This document shows, one piece after another, positions 49,886-62,587 of a stretch of DNA of 64,000 nucleotides. The notes below the pieces were generated by a model that was not told where the DNA came from, did not search any database, and saw nothing but the letters and a program-made list of their open reading frames with translations. This DNA comes from Sphaerodactylus townsendi (taxonomy: Eukaryota), in the NCBI RefSeq assembly GCF_021028975.2, contig NC_059425.1, positions 82,212,001-82,276,000 on the forward strand, read 5' to 3'. The position numbers and the translations under genes were made by a program. Each line of letters opens with the position of its first letter. The first letter of the stretch is position 1.

Positions 49886-52800
49886 TAAAAAGGGAGAGAG
49901 TTCTATTTAGCAATCTTTGTTATCTTTTGCTGTTTCCTTTCTTTTTATGCCAATAAAGTTAAAGGGAGACGATAAAATGACTAAAATGATATGTCTCAGT
50001 AACTTGCAGAGATAAAGGTTTATTCATGGGGACACTACATCAAGCTCTTCCAATACAATAATTTCAAGGCAGTGTATTGCAACTATGAGAGCCAGCATGG
50101 TGTTGGGATTAAAGTGTCGAACTAGGATCTGGGAAACCCAGGTTTAAATCGCCCTTTCATCATGGAAATTTGCTGGGCCAGTCACGCACGCTCAGCTTCA
50201 ACTCTAGCAAGTATTTGGATCTCAGACCACCAAGGAACACCAGGGGGATGACGCAGAGGCAGGCAATGGCAAACTACCTCTGAACCTCTTTTACCTTGAG
50301 GCCCTATGGGGTTGCCATGAGTCAACTGTGTTTTGAGAGCCCCAAAAAAGTGGCAATCATACTTTCCCAGAATGGTATGATGGCACGCCTTAGAGAAGAA
50401 ATACACAAGCCATATACACATTCTTTATAAAACTCATGGTGGCATTGCCAAGGCAGAAATATGTCCTCTCATCTCATCCCGAGTCATTCACATTGCTGCT
50501 AAGCAATGAGAAATTTCTTGAAGACAGCAGCAGCAGCAAGTCATATGCAGTGCTGTCCATGAGTGATAGGTGCTGATGCAATCTAGCAACTGAGCTAGAG
50601 ATTAGCTTCCTTCGACACCTTGCCAAACCCAGAAATGCCCAGAAATAAAAATAAGCAGCTGTTGCCTTGGTGGTGAGTAGTGGTAATTGCTAAGCAGGAG
50701 GAGGAGAAGCAAACAAATTATTCCCAATTTATTTCCTTCACTAATGTTTGCTGCCTAACTTTAGATTCCAAGTTCTTTGGAGGCATTATATTCTCCTACT
50801 CTCTACAGTCACATGCCTCAATACACAAAATAAATAAGGATCGCTGACTGTTCATACAACTGAGCAGTGTGTAATGCATGACTGCAGCTGGCTGGTAATT
50901 TCAGTTAAGCTTTTAGCAAAGCAGTCAGTACTAGATAAATCAATACCTAAACTGAAACAAGACAGAAATAATGCTGATTAGGAAGATGAAGATTTTGAAG
51001 GACATTGTGTTTCCTACTATTGATGGGCTTCAGCTGACCACTTGCTAACTCAGTTAACAGACTAGGGGTTATACTGAGTAGGGGTGGTGATTTGGAAAAT
51101 TCAGATAATCCAATACACAAAATAAATAAGGATCGCTGACTGTTCATACAACTGAGCAGTGTGTAATGCATGACTGCAGCTGGCTGGTAATTTCAGTTAA
51201 GCTTTTAGCAAAGCAGTCAGTACTAGATAAATCAATACCTAAACTGAAACAAGACAGAAATAATGCTGATTAGGAAGATGAAGATTTTGAAGGACATTGT
51301 GTTTCCTACTATTGATGGGCTTCAGCTGACCACTTGCTAACTCAGTTAACAGACTAGGGGTTATCGGCAGGGTGGCAGGATTTGGAAAATTCAGATAATC
51401 AAAGAAGGGAGGGGCTGACGGAGCCCCTCAGTATGAGGAAGCTCTATTTGTACCAGTGCCAAACAGGGCAGGTGGGGAGCCATCATCAATGACTGGACCT
51501 CCAAAGGCCCGGTGGAACAACACGATGCCCACAGGCCTACAGAGAACTCACCCAAAGGTCCCTTGGAGTGTGGACAGAATATGGTGGGAGGTGTTCCCTG
51601 AGCCGAGGCCAAGCTGTGAGATCCTGGCCACGTGTGGAGACCAACCGCATCATTGAGGGGCAGGGGACCACCAGCAAATTAGCCTCTACTGAGCATAGAG
51701 GCGAGTAAAAGACATATGGGGTGATCACGGTCCAGTCTGAGGTCCCAGACCTTGAGAATGCCTTAAAGGTCAGAATCCCACACCTTGAAGATGATTGAAT
51801 TCAAAGGGAGCCAATGCAGCTGGCCAACACAAGGCTGGATATGCTCTCTAAGAAGCCTCCTGTGAGCAGGCATGGCTGCATTACGGACCAGCTTTGGATT
51901 TTCGAATCAACATAATTTAAAAAGGGAGAGAGTTCTATTTAGCAATCTTTGTTATCTTTTGCTGTTTCCTTTCTTTTTATGCCAATAAAGTTAAAGGGAG
52001 ACGATAAAATGACTAAAATGATATGTCTCAGTAACTTGCAGAGATAAAGGTTTATTCATGGGGACACTACATCAAGCTCTTCAATACAATATGTTCAAGG
52101 CAGGTGTAATTTTTTGTGTATGAAACCAACATGGTGTTGGGATTAAAGTGTCGAACTGGATCTAGAAACCCAGGTTTCATCATACTTTCATCATGGAAAT
52201 TTGCTGGGCCAGTCACGCACGCTCAGCTTCAACTCTAGCAAGTATTTGGATCTCAGACCACCAAGGAACACCAGGGGGATGACGCAGAGGCAGGCAATGG
52301 CAAACTACCTCTGAACCTCTTTTACCTTGAGGCCCTATGGGGTTGCCATGAGTCAACTGTGTTTTGAGAGCCCCAAAAAAGTGGCAATCATACTTTCCCA
52401 GAATGGTATGATGGCACGCCTTAGAGAAGAAATACACAAGCCATATACACATTCTTTATAAAACTCATGGTGGCATTGCCAAGGCAGAAATATGTCCTCT
52501 CATCTCATCCCGAGTCATTCACATTGCTGCTAAGCAATGAGAAATTTCTTAAGGAATAACTATGGCAACAAAGTCATATGCAGTGCTGTCCATGAGTGAT
52601 AGGTGCTGATGCAATCTAGCAACTGAGCTAGAGATTAGCTTCCTTCGACACCTTGCCAAACCCAGAAATGCCCAGAAATAAAAATAAGCAGCTGTTGCCT
52701 TGGGTAGTGAAATAAGTGTGCATTGCTAAGCAGGAGGAGGAGAAGCAAACAAATTATTCCCAATTTATTTCCTTCACTAATGTTTGCTGCCTAACTTTAG

Positions 52801-53147
52801 ATTCCAAGTTCTTTGGAGGCATTATATTCTCCTACTCTCTACAGTCCTGCCTCAGCTACCGGAAATAAATAAGGTTAGCTGACCCTGTTCGCCTGGCTGA
52901 GCAGTGTGTAATGCATGACTGCAGCTGGCTGGTAATTTCAGTTAAGCTTTTAGCAAAGCAGTCAGTACTAGATAAATCAATACCTAAACTGAAACAAGAC
53001 AGAAATAATGCTGATTAGGAAGATGAAGATTTTGAAGGACATTGTGTTTCCTACTATTGATGGGCTTCAGCTGACCACTTGCTAACTCAGTTAACAGACT
53101 AGGGGTTATACTGAGTAGGGGTGGTGATTTGGAAAATTCAGATAATC
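49369..53147 (+). repeat. ~1.75-kb tandem duplication (49369-51110 and 51401-53147) with an extra ~290-bp copy between them (51111-51400)
   Basis: Identical ORFs at 50182 and 52213 (offset 2031). Long identical runs alternate with indel-rich patches. Confidence 0.92.
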
Positions 53148-56100
53148 TCTCCCCTAACCCCCCGCCCTCCTGAAAAAAACTTTATTGGTTTTTTTCATTT
53201 TTTTAACCAAAAAAAGAACCAAATTAGCCTACTGCTGGAAAAACCAAATAGGGTTTGGCTTTTTGGCTGCCTGTGGAGTGGGGAATTTCTGATCCTGCAG
53301 GCAGCCCTCCCCCCCCTGCCCCCCATGCTTGCAAAGCCAGGAGGAGAAGCAATGACTTTGGCCAAGCTCAAGACGTAGCAGAAAAAATGACGGCCTGGAG
53401 ATGGTAAAACATCGGCTCTGTGTCGCCATTCGCGACGGGGCTTAGTTGCAGCGAAGCCGCGCCGCTTCGCCTCGCTGGTTCAAGAGTCGGGCGATTCCCA
53501 GAACGCTGAAGCCGCTGAATACGCCGTTACGAAGCCTGCGCCGAGTTTAACGGCAGCCGCTTCACCGAGCCTCCCTGGGCACCGGGTAATTTTAATTCTG
53601 TTCCAGAGCTAGGAAGCGTTCTTTTGGGAATCTGCCCGCGCCGAAGCCTGCGACGTTCTCCCTCCCCCGCGAACCCTCAGTTGGGGCGTGGTCCCGTGGC
53701 CCGGCACGTACCGAGGCCCAGGGACAAGCCGGGTCCCAGCACCGGGCGCCTGGCGGCCGCCCCCTTGAGCAGTAGCGCGGGGCAGAAATGTCCCCAAACC
53801 TGGCGGCTGTTCTTTCGGAAGTCATTTCCAGGACCTGATTGCAAAACCGGTTGCAGTTTTGCAATCAGGGTAGGAAATGGGGACTCAAGCCAGGTTGCTT
53901 GCAGGGAAGCTCTCTCCAAGCGATTCGGCCCCCGGCGGTGGACGGTCTCCATGCTGGTCAGCCAGAAGCCAATTCAGCCAAGCTCGCCGCCGCGGTGGAA
54001 ACGCCTATGAGATGGCTTGACTTTGCATGCAGAAAGTGGAGAGCTCCATTCTGCAAGCAAGAAGGAGGCAGGTTGCTTGCAGAAAAGCAGAGTTCTCTCC
54101 TGTAAAGTAAAAGATGGTTGACAGCTTTGTAATTGGAGAGGGAGGTGGTTACTTAAGCCACGTGCAGAGAGTGCAGCCCCCACTGGCTGGCCTTCTGATT
54201 GGGAAGCGGTTAGCAGGCGGTCTACTGGGATCATGGGTCTTCCCAGTCGCCCTTCCCCAGAACCCGTCATTGCAAAACTGGTTGCTGGTTTGGGATTGGG
54301 GAGAGAGGTAGTGACTCTGGGTTTGATTGCAGAGAGTGGAACTCTCCACTCTCAGCAAGCAGTTTCACCCTCGATTTGCGTCCTGCCAGCTTGCAAATCA
54401 GGCAGGAAATGTAATTCCGCTTATGTTGCCGGTGAGAAGCCTTCCGTTTATTCGGTCCTCTCCCGAGGTCAGCGGCTGGCCTTCTGATTAGGGAAGCAGT
54501 TAGCAGGGCAGTCTACTGGGATCATGAGTCTTCCCAAGCAGTCCCGACACATGACCCGTTTCCGCTGCCGTGTGGAAACGGCCTATGAGATGGCTTGACT
54601 TGCATGCAGAAAGTGGAGAGCTCCATTCTGCAAGCAAGAAGGAGGCAGGTTGCTTGCAGAAAGCAGAGTTCTCTCCCCCCCCCCTTGCAAAGATGGTTGA
54701 CAGCTTTGTAATTGGAGAGGGAGGTGGTTACTTAAGCCACGTGCAGAGAGTGCAGCTCTCCATTCCTGGCAGGCAACCCTGCTGTCATCGACAACTGAAC
54801 GCAGCTGCATTTAGCTGTGTGGAGTTAATATTTGGGTTCAGTATTTTAAAATACTGAAAATTATGGAAAAAGTCAAGAAAGCCAGTATCCTGTATTGGCT
54901 TTTTTTTCAGCTTTACCAATGATGTTTAGGTCTTTTAATGCTGAACCCAAAATTTACCAAGCCAAAAAAGTTGCTCACCCTATCTAGACCTGCTGCTAGA
55001 GAAGCTAGTTAATGGATCTGCAAAATATGCTCTCTTCCAACTCTGTTTAGCATGTAAGATACCCCCCCCACTTTATAGAATAGCGTGCAGGCGCACCAGA
55101 TCCAGCGAAAACGCTGGAGTTTTGAGCGCGGTCGTGTCCCCCAAGCGATTTCCAGAGGCTCCCCACTGGCTGGCCCCTTGATCCTGATTAGGAAGCAGTT
55201 AGCAGGGCGATACTGGGATCATGAGTCTTCCTGAAGGCAGTCCACAGGAACACAGAGGGCCATCCCTGTCCCTTTATAGAATAACGCGGTAAGCACCGAA
55301 CTGAAAACGCTGGAGTTTTGAGCCGCCAAGAGTCGTCCCCACTTCAGAGGCCCGCTGGCTCACTTCTGAAAGGCGCGCACCTGGTGCGACGTCAGGATGT
55401 TTACATTTCACGACTGCGCCAATCGTCGATGGTCAGGGCGGTCAGGCTGGTCTCCACTTGATTAGTCCGCTGCGGCGCTGATGGGCAGGACAGGTCTGAC
55501 TGGCTGGTCTGTTAGTTTGGGGGGGTCGAACAGCCTCGTTTCAACGGACGGAAACGTACAGATGTCACAATGCACATTTGTAACTATTTGTAACTACTAA
55601 TCGCTTCTACTCTGGCTTTTGCCAAGAAAAGCGGGCGTCGGGCAGTCCGTCCGCCATTTGGGAGAAAGGGAGGGTGGCCTGGGCGTTGAAATTTCGCCTA
55701 CCGCTGGAAAGCCGGTTTGAGGGCGTTTGGCCTGCTCGGGACGGCTGCGGCGGCTTCTGCACACAACTGAGCAGCTGCATTTTAGCTGTGTGGAGTTAAT
55801 ATTTGGGTTCAGTATTTTAAAATACTGAAAATTATGGAAAAAGTCAAGAAAGCCAGTATCCTGTATTGGCTTTTTTTTCAGCTTTACCAATGATGTTTAG
55901 GTCTTTTAATGCTGAACCCAAAATTTACCAAGCCAAAAAAGTTGCTCACCCTATCTAGACCTGCTGCTAGAGAAGCTAGTTAATGGATCTGCAAAATATG
56001 CTCTCTTCCAACTCTGTTTAGCATGTAAGATACGCCTCCATGCCAGCCTTCCCCCGCCGAGCAGTGCCCATACAAACGCAGAACACAGAGGGGCCCTTCA

Positions 56101-57446
56101 CTTTATAGAATAACGTGCAGAGCGCGAATCGAAAACGCTGGAGTTTTTGAAGCGGCGCAGTCGTGTCCCCCAGAGCAGCCGGGGCAGGGTATAGGTTCAA
56201 AAGCAGCCTTCATGGCTGCGATCATTCGCGGGGAGGCTTATCTGGCGGAGGGGAGGGGTGACCTGGGCGCTGGTCTCCCCGCCCTGTCCCTCCCACTCCT
56301 GGGGCGTTTGGCTGAAAGAGCCGAGGGGCAGCGTCCCCGAGGGCAGCCACGGCTTCTGCCAGGTGCCTTTTCCGCCCTGTCCCCAGAGCTGGGGAACTCT
56401 CAGCTTCGTTGATGGAGGGACGGCAGGCTGCAGAAGCCGCCGCCGCCGTCGAGCAGGCCAAAGCGCCCTCCAGAGCAGCCGGGGGCAGGGCGGGCAAGTT
56501 CAAAGCACAACCTTCGTAGCTCGCGATCATTCAGCGAGGGCGACCTGGGCGGGGAGAGGGTGACAGGCGGCTGATGCTCCCCTGCCCTGTCCCGGCTGCT
56601 CTGGGGCGTTTGGCCCTTGAGGGGCAGCGGCGGCTTCTGCAACCTCTTTCCCTGCCATGGCAGAGCTGGGGAACTCTCAGCTCTGCCATGGAAAACAGCG
56701 GAGCTGCAGAAGCGCCCTTACACTGCATCAACAGGCAAAAGCAACTTGGCTTTAAGCAGCGAAACAGCCTTCTTGGCTGGATACGTGCGGGGTCCACTGT
56801 TTGGTAGGGGAGGGGTGGCCTGGGCGCTTTGGTCTCCCTGAATAAATGAAGACACGGTGATAAACTATGCAAATGGCCGCTAAGTGCACTCAAGCCCGTG
56901 AACAAAGGAAGAAACGAGTAGCGATTATCTAAATGGCATGCGGCACTTTTCGAGCCCGTGAATAAAGGAAGAAACGAGTTATGATGCCCGTGAATAAAGC
57001 CCGTGAATAAAGGAAGAAACGAGTAACGATGCAAACGATGCAAATGGCAGCGTGCACTCGAGCCCGTGAGCAGGCGCCGCTCACCCGTCAAGAAAATGGG
57101 AAAGAAATGGGGGAAGAAACCGGATGCGCGACGGCAGGGCACGGCCGACGCCGCGCCATCATGCCTCTGGGATTGGACCAGTGGGTCCACGCTCACTCCA
57201 GTGGCGGAAGTCCACGCCAACCCCGGAGTGACCACCCAGGCTTCCACAACCTCGGCCAGCTTCCGCGCTGGGTTCTTTGAAAAACTCAGTTCCGAAGAGG
57301 GGCAGAAATGCCGCGCGCCAAAGGGCCGAGAGAGCGGCTGCGTCGGGGCGGCTGCGTAGTCGTTGCCCAAGTAGTGGGGAGCGCCGCGGGACCCCGCGGT
57401 ACTTCAGTGGATAAACGCGCGGTATAAGGTGAGTGGGGAAGGGCCC
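53116..57446. repeat. CpG-rich jumble of partially duplicated DNA-transposon-like sequence
   Basis: Internal duplications 53995-54176/54572-54756, 54791-55052/55763-56033 and 56170-56420/56468-56710. TAGGG-type ends at 53116, 54982 and 55953. Harbinger-like end ...gagtggggaagggcc at ~57445. Confidence 0.6.
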
Positions 57447-57474
57447 AGAGACTAGACTACTGTAATACACATTA

Positions 57475-57900
57475 CCCTCCCCTCAAAATCAACTCAAAGA
57501 CTCCAGTTGGTGCAGAATGCCAGAGCTCAGGAGCTAGGAGGAACGGATATTTCTCTCATTTTGCAGTCCCTCCATTGGCTGCCCTTCCATTACTGGGTTC
57601 AATTCAAGTTATTGGGTTTAATTCAAGTTATACAAAGCCCTTCATCACCTTGGTCTCTCATATCTGCAGAACCATGACCTTCCCTATGCTCTGCCATGAC
57701 AGCTTCATTCATCTGAGCAGGGCCTTCTGCAAATGTCATACAGCAAATGAGCAAAATTAACAACTGCCCATATATCTACATTCTCTGTTGTAGACCTCAC
57801 CTTATGGAATGGCCTGCCTGATGAGGTTAAGAAAGTTCCCACCTTCCAGCCTTTCCATAAACTATGCAAACCTGAATTATTCAGGAGGGCTTTGTTACAC
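57475..57900 (+). mobile_element. Old L2 3' fragment
   Basis: Degraded LQLVQNA, LHWLP and LWNGLPDEVK segments. Confidence 0.7.
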
Positions 57901-58196
57901 AAGAAATGGGGTTGTGTACTATAATAAAACGGTTCGGCAAGATACTTTAATAAAGAGGTACAGACTACAGACTATACTACCATGCACTCTGTTGCTTTAA
58001 GGAAGGGAGGAAGACAGATGGGCTATTAGTCACTACTGAATATTTAAATCCCAAAAAGGCTAATAGCACAGAACAATATAAAGAATTAAAACAAAATATC
58101 AATAAAATCTCAGCAACACCATCAAAGCACAGTGGTAAAAAATTTCCAAAAAATCTTGCTGAAACAAGCGACCCTGGCATTTCATCCACAAAGAAG

Positions 58197-58402
58197 CAAT
58201 GTGAGGTAATAGCTAGAGTGTTGGACTAGATCTAGGAGACCCAGGTTTGAACCCCCACTCTACCATAGAAGGTTATTGGCTGGCCTTATGGCAGCCATAC
58301 ACTCTCAGTCTCTTACCTCATAGAATTGTTTTGAGGATACAATGGAGGAGAGGAGAATAATGTAAGCTATTCTGGGTCCCCATTGCAGAAAAGGTGGGAT
58401 AT
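58197..58402 (+). mobile_element. tRNA-derived SINE
   Basis: gctagagtgttggactagatctaggagacccaggtttgaacccc with a B-box. Confidence 0.7.
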
Positions 58403-58912
58403 TCAGCATAACGGCTTCCCCCACAAAGAAACTTGCTAAGTCTCATTAAGCAGTGCCAGTAAATTTGGGGAGAGGTAGTCACATGGGCTAAGATATTGAA
58501 GATGAGCAAGTGTCAGGCCTTAGAATACTTTGAAGGGTGAATTCAGTACTTTGTTTTGGACCCGGAAGTTAAACTGTTGCAAGACTGACTGAATAAAGTA
58601 ATTTTAGCCATCTCATCATATAAAATAGGAGAGCTATAGTATATTTTGAAAGTAAGTGCCTGGATGCAAGAAAAATGACAAGATAAAGGTCAGAGAAACT
58701 GAAGAAGTAAGAAGTTAACATTAGATTGTTTTATAACAAAGAGAAGAACTGTAAGAAACAGGATAACAGTGTAATCTGGTATCAAAAGTGTTTGGACAAT
58801 AATCAGATCTTTATCGTTACAAATTTATGTAGAGGTTGGATATTATCTGTCCTTGAAGAACTTCAATATTGTAGCTAAAACCTTTACATGCTATCATAAA
58901 ATTGAGACTCAC

Positions 58913-59062
58913 CTTTCTTGCAAAATAAGTTTGTTTTCCTTTTTCCAGAACTCTTTAAAATCAGAACTGAATTCATGCCAAATACTGAAGAAAGCATTTA
59001 AGGACACCTCCTTCTCACTCATTTTTGGTTTCATATAGAAATATGCTGTAGTCTCCAAAAAG
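58913..59062 (-). CDS. FMN2: Formin-2 antepenultimate exon (150 bp; end of FH2: [49 protein letters not shown](R))
   Basis: Minus strand has tttctttgacAG|CTTTTTGGAG...CAAGAAAG|GTgagt. Near-identical to human FMN2 as recalled; phases 2/2. Confidence 0.95.
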
Positions 59063-59619
59063 CTGTCAAAGAAAACAAAATGGCAAATATTTTATTAGCA
59101 ACAGCATGGTGAGTTTTCTGTCTATTCGAATATCTATTTCATACATGACTGGTACAGAAGGCTGATAGCAGTCAGAAACATAGGCCTGGCTTCTTCATGT
59201 TATTATGATGTGTGAGATTTACTTTACAAACTAGAGAATGGTTGTTTATCATGGAACTACAACCGTGAGGCAAAGTTTTAGAATTTTTTTCCAGCAACAT
59301 GACAACAAATAATCACATGGTTTAATCTGGAAAGAGATACAAAGATACCCACTTTGTACACACCTCAGAAATCTGTGGATTTAGAGACAAATGATAACCA
59401 TGAATGTAAGTGGGTTGTTTGGATACTCTCCAAACAATCTGCTACTACTCATGGCTACTATTTAGGATTGGAATACACTATTTTTTTTTGTGGGGGGGGG
59501 GCTTTTGGTGCTACCTTTAATGTAGGTTTCAGAAGAAGGCATTGGGGGACTGCTGTTTGGTCACTGGCCTAAGGATCACGTCTGAGATTTTCACTAGGTT
59601 GTTACTGATAAGTGGGTAA

Positions 59620-60560
59620 TTCTCAGCTCAGTCTCACACTTCTAGGAGAACACAGGGAGGTTGTGGAAATCTTGAACAGGTGCCTGGAGGCAGTTTTGGG
59701 ATGGAAGAGGACTAATAAACTGAATTTCAGTCCTGACAAGCTGAAGGTACCACTGACATCTAGAAGTACTGACCTGGGATTTGTTCTGGATGGAACTGCA
59801 CTCTCCCTAAAACAGCAGTATTGCAGCTTGGAGAGGCTGCTAGACTTGGTCCTCCAACAGTATAATCAGATAGCAGAACTGGGTAGGAGTGCCTCCCACC
59901 AGATTCAGATGGTGACACAACTTTGGCCTTTCCTGTGTAGAAAAAATCCTGCCTCTGTGGTATATGTCCTGGTAATATCTGGATTAGATTACTGAAATGA
60001 GCCATATGTGGTGCTGACCTTGAAGAGTGTCCAGAAACTCCAGCTGATGCAGAATGCTGTAGTGAGAATGCTGTCTGGAATGGTTTACAGGGAATATATT
60101 GCTGGAGTCTTGTTCAATCTGACCAGGTTTCCAATCTGCTCCTGGGCCCAATTCAGTGAAGGTGCTGTTACTGACATTTAAAGTCCTCTATAGCCTGTGA
60201 CCAGTATACCTTAAGGACTGCCTACTTCTGTGCAAACCTTCACAACCATCATGATAATCTTCAGAGGCCCTGATTCAAGTTCCCTCACCGTCTGAAACTA
60301 GATGGGTGACAACCCAAGTATGGCCCTTCTCAAACATGGCACCAACAAGTTTATGGAATTCTGTCGCAAGGGAAATTATTTGTCTGTCCCACCAGTATTG
60401 CCTTCATCTGGTATACCCTTACCAACCCTCCTTTTTGTTTAATTTTAGTTGTCAGTTATATTTATAACACTGTTTTTAAAAGCTGATTTTTATTCTTAAT
60501 TGTTCATCAATTTGAAGGCCCAAGTTGGTGAGAAATGCAGCATAGAGATGTTTAAATAAA
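59620..60560 (+). mobile_element. Old L2 LINE fragment
   Basis: LNRCLEAVLGWKRTNKLNFSPDK, LVISGLDY and KLQLMQNA segments. Confidence 0.8.
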
Positions 60561-62317
60561 TAAAATAAAACTGACAATACCTATGCTTGCACAATTCTTC
60601 TATGTACATTATACACATACAAACACAATTTAATATACACAATTCTTATGTGTGTATGTAATTCTGAAATGAATCTAATACCTGTATGTTTAGCTTAGTT
60701 TTTTTACGTGTTAGTATGCAAATATATAACCTATCCTGCAGCTGCTCTTTGAAAATCTAATGAATAGTTCTGGATGAGTTCATGCTGATGAAGACATCAG
60801 CATGATTATATTTGTCAAATAGTCTGCAAATATCTCCAGATATGAATAAATGTTATTCCCATATTTTGACTTCCCTCATGTGGATAACATGCAGACACAC
60901 TTTACTGAATAAAAATAATGATACAGGGAGGTAACGATTGCCATCTGATGCAACAACACTTCCAATCAGAGCATCATTTGAACACTTTGGTATTTAAAAG
61001 TAAAAAAATTATATAAGCCAATGTAGGGATGAACGATTTTCTTCCATTTTAGTTTCAGACGTTTGCCCGGTTCTGTGTTCCAGTGTTCCTCAGCTGGGAA
61101 AGAAGGCAAGCAGCAGGCTAACAATGGTCTGTGACGTAAATCTGGAAGACCATGGCCTGCACAACAAAACATGGTTTAAACAAATCAGTTTACTACAGTG
61201 TCAGAAAGTGGCCATTGTGTTGGCCTATAAAGAGTGGAACTGCTTGAAGAGTGAGATTGTACATCAACAAAACAACACCAAGCTTAACCAAAGATATATG
61301 CTACAGCAAGGAGCACATCCTAAAGCAATCCTTCTAGACATTATAATTCTCTGTCTGAAGCCTTTTCAACAATTAGGGACCCAGACTAGATTGAAATCCC
61401 CACAAATAAATGCTCAGTGAGTTTGATAAATGGTACTAACATTTACTGGAGACGCAAAGGCTTTTCTTAAAAATACTATGGGATCAAAGGGGGGCAAGGC
61501 AGGCTTTTGCGCTGATCACTGCTAATCTTGCTGGGAACCAACAGAAAGCAATTCAGGCATACAGCTATTTAACAGCCACCAGAATTCCTTTATCTAAACA
61601 GCTGCAAACCATTCTCAAGTCCCCATCTAGGCTGATCACTTCAACAGCAATGGACATGGATGTAAAATGCAAAATATCTGAAACCGGTAAGACAATATGC
61701 AAATATCATTTATATACAAGCATAGAGAATATGAGCTACAACACAAGTAGGCTTAAGTGCTGGGTTCCAGAGGAATTAAGTTGTTTATCAAGTAAGCACA
61801 AGCAAATTGCATAATAATCACCTCAACATGATTAAAAAGTTTGCTATATAGTAGTTAAAACATCCTTACTGCTACCTTTGAAAAAGAGTAAATGCAAGGT
61901 TTTTAGCATGTTGTCTTTTGCACTTTTACGGTAACTAAGAGAGTCATATATGTCAGCAAGGGAAAGATTAAAAAATCTAATGGCTGGAAATTTGGAGGGA
62001 GGGAATTTATTGTAAGATTTTGCAATTGATTCTACATCTTACATAAATTATACATTTTTTTCAGTTGAAGGTGTACTTAGCTACACAGTGCTATAAATAA
62101 GGATTGGATTCACTGTAGCATGACATTCTCATCTCCCACTGTAGACCCAAATGTCCCATGAAGTGGTAGGACAGGACACCCCCCCCCCCATTTTGGGAAG
62201 GCACTTTAGGTTGGTTGGAGAGGTGTGAGAATCATCCTACATGGTGTGAAATCCAACCATCCATGTAAATGCACCAATGATCCAAGGCAAAATGTTTACT
62301 AAGAAGGCTGAAGTCCT

Positions 62318-62587
62318 AGGATGCAGTGGTTAGAGAGTCAGACTAGGAACTGGGAGACTCTGGTTCAAATCCACACTCTGATGTGGTGCTTGCTGAGTGA
62401 CCTGGAACCAATCTCTCTCCATCTCTCTCAGCCTCATCTACTTCATAGTATTACTGAGTGGACAAAATGGACAAGGCAAAGCCAGGTACATCACCCTGAG
62501 CTGACCTTACTATCCAAATATGCTGGCAGGGGCTGATAGGAATTGTAGTCCATAACATCTGGAGTGCCAACGGTTTGCCATCACTGG
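62318..62587 (+). mobile_element. tRNA-derived SINE followed by one arm of the hairpin hAT MITE
   Basis: SINE head gcagtggttagagagtcagactagg...ggttcaaatcc. Positions 62520-62587 match the right arm of 26524-26640. Confidence 0.7.

Noticed and set aside
56531-57370. 279-aa minus-strand ORF
   Set aside because: It arises from GC-rich repeats (YSFLPLFTG-type units three times) in a noisy TE region, with no recognisable domain.
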